From Candidatus Aenigmatarchaeota archaeon (GTDB lineage: Archaea > Aenigmatarchaeota > Aenigmatarchaeia > QMZS01): a stretch of 50,780 nucleotides of DNA. The translations under genes were made by a program, and so were the position numbers. The notes beneath the pieces are model-generated. The model saw only the letters and a list, made by a program, of their open reading frames with translations, was not told where the DNA came from and ran no database searches. The stretch is taken from positions 1-50,780 of the forward strand of contig JAUVLW010000003.1 in NCBI GenBank assembly GCA_030600555.1. The letters are read 5' to 3'. This document shows positions 7,717 through 16,404 of this stretch, in pieces. Position 1 is the stretch's first letter; each line of letters starts with the position of its first letter.

Positions 7717-8634
7717 TCAAATCAAACCCTTATCCATAAAACTGAAATAATCCTCGAGATTTTTCCCGATTATTATGTGGTCCAGAACTCTGACATTAAC
7801 AAGGTCGCAGGCTTTAACAACTCTGTCCGTAGTTTCAATATCATCTCTCGAAGGATCCACCTCACCGGAAGGGTGGTTGTGAACAAGGATTATTGAAGAC
7901 GCTGTTTCTTTTGTGGCCTCTCTGACAATTTCCAGAGGATCAACAATGCTTGCATTCACGCTTCCCTTTGTCAGTTCCTTTGTGTCTATCACTTTATTTT
8001 TCCTGTCCAACAGAATAATATTGAAAAATTCCTTTTTTGAATCTCTCAAATAAGGACCATAAAAATCCCTGACAAATCCAATTACAGATTCCACATTATT
8101 CAGCCTTTTTTTGCTCTCAGCAATTTCCCGGTAAAACCTTTTTCCAATTTCCAAAGCAGATTTTATCTGAACACCCTTTGCCATCCCGATTCCTTTAATT
8201 AAACACAGGTCATCAACAGAAGCCTGGTCTATCCCCCTCAAATCCCTGAATTTATCCAGCAATTTTCTTGCCAAATCCTCCGCGCTTGAACCATCAAAAC
8301 TATTGCCGGTTCTTAAGATTATTGCTAATAATTTAATTAACGGAACATTCTCAGAACCAACTTTAATTAACATCTCTCTTGGTCTGTCTTCCTTAACCCA
8401 TTTCCTTATTGGTTTTGTTGTTCTTAATTTTGCGGATTCTTCTTTTACAAGTTCCCTAATTTTTCTGCAATCTTCTTTAGTCTTCAACTTTAATTTTTTA
8501 ATTATTTCATCTTTTCTTTTATCAAAAAATTTATCTTTTGGTCCACTGAAAGAAATTTTTCCAAATTTGCTGCAAACCGGATATGCTTTGCTCTTAACTA
8601 AATAATCAATTAAATCCTCTTTTGTTTCGTCCAT
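7717..8634 (-). CDS. radC: RadC-like JAB/MPN domain protein with HhH and a ~75-aa lysine-rich N-terminal extension
   Basis: Motifs DRPREMLIK..LLAIILRTG, HhH L(I)KGIGMAKG, and the JAMM motif HNHPSGEVDPSRDD. Confidence 0.85.
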   Translation of the reverse strand: MDETKEDLIDYLVKSKAYPVCSKFGKISFSGPKDKFFDKRKDEIIKKLKLKTKEDCRKIRELVKEESAKLRTTKPIRKWVKEDRPREMLIKVGSENVPLIKLLAIILRTGNSFDGSSAEDLARKLLDKFRDLRGIDQASVDDLCLIKGIGMAKGVQIKSALEIGKRFYREIAESKKRLNNVESVIGFVRDFYGPYLRDSKKEFFNIILLDRKNKVIDTKELTKGSVNASIVDPLEIVREATKETASSIILVHNHPSGEVDPSRDDIETTDRVVKACDLVNVRVLDHIIIGKNLEDYFSFMDKGLI

Positions 8635-8650
8635 AAATTTAAACCAATAC

Positions 8651-9463
8651 TTAAAACATCAAACCGACCAAGAAAGCTAGGATGACTAAAAACATCAACA
8701 CCTTTGTGGTCTTCTGCGCTTTGCTCACTTCTTTAATTGTCAAAATATAAAGGCAGACAAAAAAGCAGATCAACGCAGAGAGTAAATAAAACTCAGAAAA
8801 TATTCCAGAGAAATATGGAACAAACATGAAAAAAGAACTGAAAGAAATCAACAACTTCCCGAAAAAAACCGCTTTGTTTTTTCCGAAAATAATCGGAAGT
8901 GTTTTTGCCCCCGCGGATTTATCTCCTTTCATATCCTCAACATCCTTTAAAACCTCCCTGCCATAATTTCCGAAAAATGCAATCACCGCAAGAATTGTTG
9001 CTGTGGAAACAATCAATTCTTCAAACCCACCGAAAATTAAAACCGGGGCAATAAAAACCGAACATGCCAGCCAACTGTCTACAATATTTCCAATTGGATT
9101 TTTCTTAAATCTTATTGAATAAACAAGCACCAAAATTGTGTTGTAAATCGAAAGTATGAAAAAATTAACTGAGATAAAATAAGATAAAATTAATCCAATC
9201 AAAGACAAACCAAGATAAAAAATAATTACCTGCTTCTTTGAGATTCTTCCCGAAGGCAAAGGCCTCTTTGGTTTGTTTATCTTGTCTATCTCAATATCAA
9301 AATAATCATTAATCACATTTCCTGAAGCTGAAATTAAAAAAACAGCGAGGACTGGAAAAAACCACAACTCAAAAGGTATGCTCACAAGAAGCAAACCCGC
9401 AATTAAACCAAACACAGATAGAAAACAAATGTTGGGTCGGATAAGTTCAAAGTAAGGATTCAT
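8651..9463 (-). CDS. UbiA-family prenyltransferase, probably digeranylgeranylglyceryl-phosphate synthase-like
   Basis: Polytopic membrane protein with NVINDYFDIEIDKINKPKRPLPSG (NDxxDxxxD plus the RPLPSG motif). Confidence 0.85.
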   Translation of the reverse strand: MNPYFELIRPNICFLSVFGLIAGLLLVSIPFELWFFPVLAVFLISASGNVINDYFDIEIDKINKPKRPLPSGRISKKQVIIFYLGLSLIGLILSYFISVNFFILSIYNTILVLVYSIRFKKNPIGNIVDSWLACSVFIAPVLIFGGFEELIVSTATILAVIAFFGNYGREVLKDVEDMKGDKSAGAKTLPIIFGKNKAVFFGKLLISFSSFFMFVPYFSGIFSEFYLLSALICFFVCLYILTIKEVSKAQKTTKVLMFLVILAFLVGLMF

Positions 9464-9575
9464 AATAAATATAAGTCTATTTTTAATCCTCTGGAAATCA
9501 ATTCCTTTAGGAATAATATCACATAATCAGATGAAAATTAAACAAACATCACAACAAAATCAAACAGAATATTAA

Positions 9576-9893
9576 TTATTTTAAAAATTTCTCCGCTTCT
9601 TTATCAAGTCCGCCAAAATCAAGAACTGCTAAAGTAGAACAACTTACAATCAATTTTGATGATTTTCCAAGTTCTGTTTTTGATGGAACCTCAACACAAG
9701 GTATATTTTTTTCTTTGCATAAAACAGGAATATGCATTAAAATTTCCTTTGGGTCAACATCCTGAGCGGTCACCACTAATTTTGCACTTCCTCTTTCTAC
9801 TTGTTTTGTGACCTCATTTACGCCCTTGGCTATTTTGCCTTTTTCCGCAACTTTCTCTATAAATCCATAGAGAGCCTTAACATCTTCTGCCAT
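9576..9893 (-). CDS. rpl7ae: Ribosomal protein L7Ae (eL8) / K-turn-binding protein
   Basis: KGVNEVTKQVERGSAKLVVTAQDVDPKEILMHIPVLCKEKNIPCVEVPSKTELGK matches the archaeal L7Ae core KGTNETTKAVERG.AKLV.IAEDV.P.EIV.HLP.LCEEK.IPY.YV.SK..LG. Confidence 0.9.
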   Translation of the reverse strand: MAEDVKALYGFIEKVAEKGKIAKGVNEVTKQVERGSAKLVVTAQDVDPKEILMHIPVLCKEKNIPCVEVPSKTELGKSSKLIVSCSTLAVLDFGGLDKEAEKFLK

Positions 9894-9941
9894 AATCTAC
9901 ATTAAAAAAAATTTATAAGTAACCAGATAGTATGTTAGAAA

Positions 9942-10514
9942 TTACCTTGCGCCCTCAGCTTCTTTCTCATTCCTTTTCCTTTCTGCCACAGCATAACTTT
10001 CGTCCTTATTCAGGGAAGCTGCAATAAGTTCTTCTGCCAATATTACAGACATTTTCTTCTTTTTATTAAAAGTCTTTGCGTAACTGCCCTGCACAAGTTT
10101 CCTCAAAGCAAGGTCTAACCTCTTTTTTGGGGAGCATAAAGCTGGTTTCCTCGCCACAATACCACCTATCTGCTGAGAAACAGTCAATTCATAAGGTGAA
10201 GCGTTTTCAAGAGCTTTTATAAACACGGCTATTGGATTTTTCTTGGTTTTTTCAGAAATAATATCAAAAGCTTCTTCAACAAACTGGTAAATTGTCTGGT
10301 ATTTGCCTGAACACAATCCTGAAGTAAACTTATGTTTTTTTCCTTTATGTCCAGGAACCATCAAACGGGTTATTAAACGCTCTACAATCTGTTTATCTGT
10401 TGTTTTGCCATCTGATTTAGGTAAAATTCTAGGTTCAAGATTAATATAACTCTTCAATCCAAGGTCTTCCACCTCAACATTATAATCCCATTTTCCAAAT
10501 AATTTTGGGTCCAT
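9942..10514 (-). CDS. rps7: Ribosomal protein uS7 (archaeal S7)
   Basis: N-terminus LFGKWDYNVEVEDLGLKSYINL, IVERLITRLM, NPIAVFIKALENASP, RLDLALRKLVQG. Typical 190-aa archaeal S7. Confidence 0.92.
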   Translation of the reverse strand: MDPKLFGKWDYNVEVEDLGLKSYINLEPRILPKSDGKTTDKQIVERLITRLMVPGHKGKKHKFTSGLCSGKYQTIYQFVEEAFDIISEKTKKNPIAVFIKALENASPYELTVSQQIGGIVARKPALCSPKKRLDLALRKLVQGSYAKTFNKKKKMSVILAEELIAASLNKDESYAVAERKRNEKEAEGAR

Positions 10515-10580
10515 AAATCTAATTAAAAACTTAAAATAATAACAAAGTACACCAGATTATATATATAATAAAATATAATT

Positions 10581-11483
10581 ATGTGCGCAATTTTAAAGCA
10601 TTTTAGAACGGGATTTAAGAGTTATACAAGAAATTTTGGCACTTTAATTCTTGCAACTCTAATAATATTTACAACATTATTTTCATTTATACTACTCGGA
10701 TTTCTTGCAGGAACCGGAGATGTGGAACAGAGTTTAGCTGGAAGTTATTATTTGTTATTTAGCGGAAATACTGAAGATATGGAACTTATTTCAGAAATAT
10801 TTGAATTTATGAACCCAAGTGGTTTAGGAATACTATTTATATTTTTCCTATTAGGCTCATTAATAACCATTTTCCTTCAGGCAGGTTTATGGGGTGTTTG
10901 TTTGAAAGGTCTTGCCAAAAAAGCAGACATGAAGGTATTCTTTAACACAATCAAAGAAAGAGGTATTTCTTACCTCATAGCAAATCTCCTGATTTGGTTA
11001 ATTCTTATTGCAATTATTATCCCAATGCTCATCATAACAACAATTATTGTAATGATTGCTTTCCCTACTTTACCTGTAGATTCTTCAGTTTTAATGCTTA
11101 TCTACCTAACACCTATAATGTTGATATCCCCTTTCTTTATCCTGATCATTCCAGGTGTTATTTTAGGCAAAAGAATTTCTGAATCAATTGAACAGGGTTT
11201 CTCGCTTGGAAAAGAAAATTACAATGAATTGTTATTATTGCTTCTGATAGTTTATTCTTTCTCCTTAATCTCTTTCATTCCTTTCATAGGAACCATTTTA
11301 GTGTACTTGCTTAACCCGTTAGGGATACTTATAATCTGCTCATACTATCTTGAAAAAACAGGAAAATCCGGAAAAGAAGAATCAATCACAAAACCCGTAA
11401 ATATGCTTGAAAAAAGAATTGTAAGTCCTCTCATTAAACCAAAAACCCAAGTCAAAAAGATTGCAATAAAAAAAAACCATTAA
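10581..11483 (+). CDS. Polytopic membrane protein, function unknown
   Basis: 300-aa ORF with about 6 hydrophobic segments. The stop follows an A9 run, and a Lys-rich frame continues beyond it (see findings). Confidence 0.7.
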   Translation: MCAILKHFRTGFKSYTRNFGTLILATLIIFTTLFSFILLGFLAGTGDVEQSLAGSYYLLFSGNTEDMELISEIFEFMNPSGLGILFIFFLLGSLITIFLQAGLWGVCLKGLAKKADMKVFFNTIKERGISYLIANLLIWLILIAIIIPMLIITTIIVMIAFPTLPVDSSVLMLIYLTPIMLISPFFILIIPGVILGKRISESIEQGFSLGKENYNELLLLLLIVYSFSLISFIPFIGTILVYLLNPLGILIICSYYLEKTGKSGKEESITKPVNMLEKRIVSPLIKPKTQVKKIAIKKNH

Positions 11484-11585
11484 AAAAAAGATAGTTGCAA
11501 AACCAAAAAAAACTGTGAAGAAAATTACAGTGAAAAAACCAGTTAAGAAAAAACTAATTTCTAAGAAATTAAAAGGTAAAAGAAA

Positions 11586-12830
11586 GTGATAATAAAATTT
11601 TTAGGAGGCTGCGATGAAGTGGGAAGAGAAGCTTTTTTAGTTAAAGATAATAATACAAATGTTTTGCTTGAATATGGGGTTGAACTGCAACCAGAAATAC
11701 TGCTTCCTTTGATACCAAATGTACAGGTAGATGGAGTGCTCATTTCGCATGCTCACTTAGACCACTCTGGAATGGTTCCTCTGCTTTACAAATTCCAGAC
11801 CCCAAAATTATTCACCACCCCAGCAACATTGGACTTGATGAACTTACTTCTCGAAGATTATATAAAAGTCGGAAAAATAACCAGAAATTACGCAGAATAC
11901 ACAAAAGCCGATATTATGAAAATGAATAAACATGCAATACCTCAAGGATACAACAAAAGATTCAGGGTTGGAAACTTGCAGGCAGAATTTTTTGACGCAG
12001 GACACATTCCGGGATCTGCATCAATGTTTGTCTCAGGCTCAAAAAACGTATTATATACAGGGGACATTAATACCATTGATACTTACTTGGTTAGATATGG
12101 AACCCAGAAATACCCCAAACTGGACTGTCTTATAACAGAATCAACTTACGCGGGGAGAGAACACGCAGACCGGAAAAATGAAGAAAAAAGGTTTATAGAA
12201 AAGATTAAAGAACATGAAAACGGTCTTGTAATGCTTCCTGCATTTGCTGTTGGAAGAGCTCAGGAATTATTATTAATGTTACAGGAAAATAATATTGGAA
12301 GAGAAATTTATCTGGATGGAATGGGACAAAAAGCCGCAGACATTATCTTATTCCACAAAAACTATATCAACGATGCGGATAAATTAAGAAAAGCCCTTCG
12401 AGAAGTAAATTTCGTAAGAACAAAAAAACAGAGAAACAAAATATTGAGAGAAGGAGGTATTGTAATAACAACTTCTGGAATGCTTAATGGAGGTCCTATA
12501 TTATATTACCTGAACAAAGCAAGAGATTTCAAAGACGCTTGTCTTTTGATAACTGGATATCAAGCAGAAGGAACACCCGGCAAAAAACTGCTTGAGACCG
12601 GATATTTTGAAAATGAAGAAACAAGATTTAAAGTAAATATAGAAATTCAAAGATATAATTTCAGCGGACATGCTGGAGGAACTGAACTTTTAAATCTTAT
12701 TAGAAAAGCAGCGCCTAAAAAAGTTGTATGCGTTCACGGAGACAACACAAAAAAATTCGCAAATGATATAAAATCCAAACTAGGAATTGAAGCCATTGCT
12801 CCTAAAATAGGGGAAAATATTGAAGTATAG
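11586..12830 (+). CDS. Metallo-beta-lactamase / beta-CASP ribonuclease (aCPSF2-type)
   Basis: GTG start. N-terminus IKFLGGCDEVGREAFLV, HAHLDHSG (HxHxDH), beta-CASP-length body, C-terminal VHGD. Confidence 0.9.
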   Translation: MIIKFLGGCDEVGREAFLVKDNNTNVLLEYGVELQPEILLPLIPNVQVDGVLISHAHLDHSGMVPLLYKFQTPKLFTTPATLDLMNLLLEDYIKVGKITRNYAEYTKADIMKMNKHAIPQGYNKRFRVGNLQAEFFDAGHIPGSASMFVSGSKNVLYTGDINTIDTYLVRYGTQKYPKLDCLITESTYAGREHADRKNEEKRFIEKIKEHENGLVMLPAFAVGRAQELLLMLQENNIGREIYLDGMGQKAADIILFHKNYINDADKLRKALREVNFVRTKKQRNKILREGGIVITTSGMLNGGPILYYLNKARDFKDACLLITGYQAEGTPGKKLLETGYFENEETRFKVNIEIQRYNFSGHAGGTELLNLIRKAAPKKVVCVHGDNTKKFANDIKSKLGIEAIAPKIGENIEV

Positions 12831-12887
12831 CACCAGATATAAAAATAAATTAGAATACTCAAACAAATAAATTATTTCTCAATTAAA

Positions 12888-13130
12888 TTAATTTGGATAT
12901 TTTGTTAATTCTCTTGGGTCCTTTCCATCTATTGTGATTCTATAAGAAACGCAGGAACCGATTATCTGCCTTATTTTTGCTTCCTCATTATTTCCGGGAA
13001 TTTCTAGGGTTTTAACCATTTCCTTGATTTTTTCCATAGAAAGGTCTCCCATTATCTCTTCTTTTTTGTCCTTACTTGAAAGTTTTGTAAAGTTGCCCGC
13101 TTTCTTTATCAATTCTGATATTGTTGCCAT
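12888..13130 (-). CDS. Hypothetical 80-aa protein
   Basis: ATG ORF with no motif. Preferred over the overlapping 5' part of track ORF 13024-13401. Confidence 0.4.
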   Translation of the reverse strand: MATISELIKKAGNFTKLSSKDKKEEIMGDLSMEKIKEMVKTLEIPGNNEEAKIRQIIGSCVSYRITIDGKDPRELTKYPN

Positions 13131-13155
13131 TAATTATTTAATTTTAAATTATTAT

Positions 13156-13401
13156 ATGAAAATTGTGGAGAATAAAGAAAATATGACTGTTTTGGAAACA
13201 GAGGAAACATCAACCCTGATTAATTTGCTGGTTGATAGACTTTGGGAAGAAAAAGATGTAAAAAGAGCGGCTTATGGCTCAAAACATCCATTTTTAGATA
13301 ATATGCAGCTACTCATTGAAGGAAAAAATGCAAAGAAATCAATAGAAAAAGCGTGTGATTCAATAACTAAAGACTGCAATAGTCTGCTAAAAAGCATTTA
13401 A
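13156..13401 (+). CDS. Hypothetical 81-aa protein
   Basis: Internal ATG (MKIVENKENMTVLE..) of track ORF 13024-13401. This start removes the overlap with the divergent 80-aa ORF. Confidence 0.4.
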   Translation: MKIVENKENMTVLETEETSTLINLLVDRLWEEKDVKRAAYGSKHPFLDNMQLLIEGKNAKKSIEKACDSITKDCNSLLKSI

Positions 13402-13489
13402 TTTTTGTTTTTACCCGCTTTAATTATTTTTGAATTTTAAAATAGTTTTGAAGTGTAGTGTTCAATATATTCGGGTTTATAATGCTATA

Positions 13490-13666
13490 TGGGCCCGCCC
13501 AGATTTTCCAAATTTGTTTTTTGGGGTGCAGACCTTTTTCAACAATTATACTGAAAAGGGTTGCGTTGAACTGGGGATCTCCGCCATGTCAAGGCGACGT
13601 TTATTACAGATTTCTCTTTAAATTAAACCAAAGAAATACTGACCTAACCAACTAGACCACAGGCCC
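13490..13666 (-). tRNA. tRNA-Val (anticodon GAC) interrupted by two non-canonical introns (D-stem ~23/24, 42 nt; T-loop ~58/59-59/60, 61 nt)
   Basis: Three minus-strand exons restore a 74-nt cloverleaf.
- Exon 1 (13666-13643): GGGCCTG TG GTCT AGTTGGTTA GG.
- Exon 2 (13600-13566): AC G TCGCC TTGACAT GGCGG AGATC CCCAG TTCAA.
- Exon 3 (13504-13490): AT CTGGG CGGGCCC A.
The acceptor stem is 7 bp (one G-U), the D-stem GTCT/GGAC, the anticodon stem 5 bp and the T-arm CCCAG-TTCAAAT-CTGGG. No CCA is encoded. Splice boundaries are +/-2 nt. Confidence 0.8.
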
Positions 13667-13684
13667 ATAATTAACAAAAATTAA

Positions 13685-14929
13685 TTATTTACTCTTACTA
13701 TCAACAGCTCTATTATATACGCTTAAGGTCTCTGAAGCTACCCTATCAAGATTAAATATTTCTTCTGCGCGCTTCCTTCCTCTCTCGCCCATTTCCTTCG
13801 CCTTATTGTCATCCTTTAGAACTTCTTTGATTCCCCAGGCGATGTCTTCGTAACTTCTCCCATCAACATGAACCCCAGTTTGTTCCTCGCCACTTGCAAT
13901 AACCTGTTCCCTAAATCCAGAGATACCGCTTGCCCCAACAATAACTGGTTTCTTCAAACACATCCCTTCAAGTGAAACAATACCGAAAGGCTCTGCGGTG
14001 CTTGGGAAAATAGCAATATCCGATAAAGCATAATGCGCAATTCTTTCTTCCTCAGAAACAAATTCAGACCTTACAACAACCTTATCACCAATCCCATTCC
14101 TCTTTATAATCTCCTCAATGCTTTGTTGTTGTTCACCCTTACCCAAAACAATTAATTTCGTATTAGGATATTCTTTTAACACAATAGGAAAACCTCGCAC
14201 CAAACTTTCCGCGCCTTTAATCCAGGTCAACCTTCCAACAAAGAACACCACCTTTTCATTTTCCTTAATTTTATATTTCTTTTTTAATTCATCAACCAAA
14301 TCCCAATTCACATTTTCAAGTTTGTATTTATCAGTATCGCAACCGTTCCACACAACATTTATTTTTTCTTCTGGATATCCCAATTCTATTAAATGTTCTT
14401 TCATTGCATAAGAAACAGTAATCACCGAATCAGCCTGCTCGGCCATCTCTCTTTCAAAACTTCTTATTGTTGGACTTCCGCCTCCAACTCTCTGCTGTTC
14501 AGTTGAATGCATGTGAAACACAATAGGTAAATCAGTATCTTGTTTTATTATCAACCCTGCAATAGCAGATAACCAATCATGAATAACAACCAAATCATAT
14601 TTTTCATTTTTTAAAGTTTCATTTAAAAATTTCGCCGCAGAAAGATAATTATAAGAAAATATTTTGTTAAAAAAACTCAGATACTCACCCCAGTTATGCA
14701 GGTTCTCACTTACAATTAAATTTAACATTTCTTTGGCTTTTATAATATTTGGTCTATTAACCATTACATCACCCACCTGTTCGCTCGTCTTAAGGGTTCC
14801 ATCATTCAAAGTAAAAACCGTAATTTCATTGCCGAACTTTGCCAACCTTGGAGCAACCTGAGAAGCATAAGTTCCGAGACCTCCAACCATCAACGGCGGA
14901 TACTCCCACACAAAATAAGCAATCTTCAT
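13685..14929 (-). CDS. GT-B glycosyltransferase (GT4/GT5), putative glycogen/starch synthase
   Basis: N-terminus MKIAYFVWEYPPLMVGGLGTY, C-terminal E-x7-E motif FPSTAEPFGIVSLEGM. Neighbours are GH15 and GDE_C genes. Confidence 0.8.
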   Translation of the reverse strand: MKIAYFVWEYPPLMVGGLGTYASQVAPRLAKFGNEITVFTLNDGTLKTSEQVGDVMVNRPNIIKAKEMLNLIVSENLHNWGEYLSFFNKIFSYNYLSAAKFLNETLKNEKYDLVVIHDWLSAIAGLIIKQDTDLPIVFHMHSTEQQRVGGGSPTIRSFEREMAEQADSVITVSYAMKEHLIELGYPEEKINVVWNGCDTDKYKLENVNWDLVDELKKKYKIKENEKVVFFVGRLTWIKGAESLVRGFPIVLKEYPNTKLIVLGKGEQQQSIEEIIKRNGIGDKVVVRSEFVSEEERIAHYALSDIAIFPSTAEPFGIVSLEGMCLKKPVIVGASGISGFREQVIASGEEQTGVHVDGRSYEDIAWGIKEVLKDDNKAKEMGERGRKRAEEIFNLDRVASETLSVYNRAVDSKSK

Positions 14930-15045
14930 AATTATATAACTTGGGTATATACTATAAGAAAAATATTGTATTAAATTAAAAAATTTATTATTTTATCATA
15001 ATATTTCGTCCACCAACATAAAATTTATAATGAGCTGACCTGCAG

Positions 15046-15060
15046 GAGATAAAATATCTC
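15046..15060. promoter_or_regulatory. Palindrome GAGATA-AAA-TATCTC in the divergent GT / GH15 promoter region
   Basis: Read directly, in the 264-bp divergent intergenic region. A regulatory function is not established. Confidence 0.3.
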
Positions 15061-15193
15061 AAAAGGATTTTTTATTTTCTGACCGAAGTTTTATTTAAAA
15101 AAATCCTAGGTATAATAAACTCTCTTGAAAAAACAAAGATAATATGCATAGAACAAATAATATAATCTGTATATCTCTTAAATAATATTATTT

Positions 15194-16399
15194 ATGAATT
15201 CTAAAATTAAACAATTAGTTAAAACAAGTAAAAAAGTAATTTTAGATTGTTGCTTGGAAAATGGCGCTATTGTCGCTGGAAATCCTGGAAATTCAGGATA
15301 TCTTAAAGACACTCCCAACTATTTTTATGTATGGCCAAGAGATTCTGCATTTACCTGTGTTGCTTTAGATATTCTTGGAATGAAAAAACAGGTAGAAAAA
15401 TTTTTTAAGTGGTGTTCAAATCGTGCATGCGACAAAGAAGGTCTATTATGGCAACATTATGCACCAAATGGATTGCCGACTGGTTTCTTCATAAGTGAAT
15501 TATACAACAACAAAGAAATAAAAAAATTTGAAAAATATATTCATCCAAATGCAGTTTATCCCATTTCAAAATCAATCAGAAGCCAATTACAACCTGATGG
15601 GGATGGTCTGCTTCTTTGGGCTCTTGAACACCATATAAAATACAACAAAAAAGCAAAAGATGAATTTGGTGAATTGGCCAATTGCCTCGCTAATAGTATC
15701 TGCAAAATATGGTCTGAAACAAATTATAAATACTTAATCAATGATCCTTGGGAAGAAAAAATTGGATACCCTGGCGTTAATCTTACTTATACAATTGCTA
15801 CATCAATTTACGGTTTGAGTGCCGCAGATAAATTATATGGTAAAAAGAAAATATGGACCAAAACAAAAGAAAGTATGGAAAAAACAATCCAAAAAGCTTT
15901 TGATAAAAACGGGAATATTTCTGCGGTATTTGGACCTAAATATACACAAAAAAATTATAAAAAACTATTTTCAAAAATGTTTAGTGTTGGGAAATTTAAC
16001 CCGGAAATAGATGCTTCATTATTTTCTGTTATCTGGCCTGCAAAATTAACCAATATAAAAAATCAGAAAAATATGCTCAAAACTCTTATTGAAAAATTAG
16101 ACAAAAAAGGAGGAATTATAAGATATCCCGGAGATTCTTATGATGGAATATTTATTGAAGGTTCTTCATTTAGAAAAGGCGGAAATGCCTGGCCTCTACT
16201 AAATTTCTGGGCAGCGATATGCCTTAACAAAACTGGAAGAACAAAAGAAGCTTTAAAATATTATAATTGGGTTCTTAATAGAACTGATAAATATATACCA
16301 GAACAAATAGACAACAAAAACATGCATAAAGGACCCTCTCCTTTAATCTGGTCGCATGCGATGTTTATCATAGCCTCAAAAGAATTAGGTTTTTTATAA
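15194..16399 (+). CDS. GH15 glucoamylase-like (alpha/alpha)6 catalytic-domain protein
   Basis: YFYVWPRDSAFTCVAL, LQPDGDGLLLWAL and a C-terminal PLIWSHAMFI pattern typical of GH15. Confidence 0.82.
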   Translation: MNSKIKQLVKTSKKVILDCCLENGAIVAGNPGNSGYLKDTPNYFYVWPRDSAFTCVALDILGMKKQVEKFFKWCSNRACDKEGLLWQHYAPNGLPTGFFISELYNNKEIKKFEKYIHPNAVYPISKSIRSQLQPDGDGLLLWALEHHIKYNKKAKDEFGELANCLANSICKIWSETNYKYLINDPWEEKIGYPGVNLTYTIATSIYGLSAADKLYGKKKIWTKTKESMEKTIQKAFDKNGNISAVFGPKYTQKNYKKLFSKMFSVGKFNPEIDASLFSVIWPAKLTNIKNQKNMLKTLIEKLDKKGGIIRYPGDSYDGIFIEGSSFRKGGNAWPLLNFWAAICLNKTGRTKEALKYYNWVLNRTDKYIPEQIDNKNMHKGPSPLIWSHAMFIIASKELGFL

Positions 16400-16404
16400 T
16401 AATT

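Noticed and set aside
5419-8605. Plus- and minus-strand ORFs nested in the AlbA_2, hsdM and radC genes (5419-5601, 5609-5860, 6081-6266, 6620-6853, 8303-8605)
   Set aside because: They are shadow ORFs within genes that carry clear family motifs.
1-8634. R-M / RadC region as a discrete mobile element
   Set aside because: No integrase, transposase, terminal inverted repeats or flanking direct repeats are visible in the window.
The only tRNA is 5 kb away with housekeeping genes in between, so island status remains speculative and is mentioned only as an inference.
9464-9575. Possible C/D-box sRNA downstream of the L7Ae gene (minus strand GTGATGT ... CTGA ... GTGATAT)
   Set aside because: The C and C' boxes are imperfect and no terminal D box (CTGA) follows at the right spacing.
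This is insufficient for a call.
13430-13655. Track ORFs 13430-13621 and 13458-13655 (+), 63-65 aa
   Set aside because: They lie antisense over the intron-containing tRNA-Val gene. The relatively GC-rich tRNA exons explain the open frames.
No coding-like features are present.
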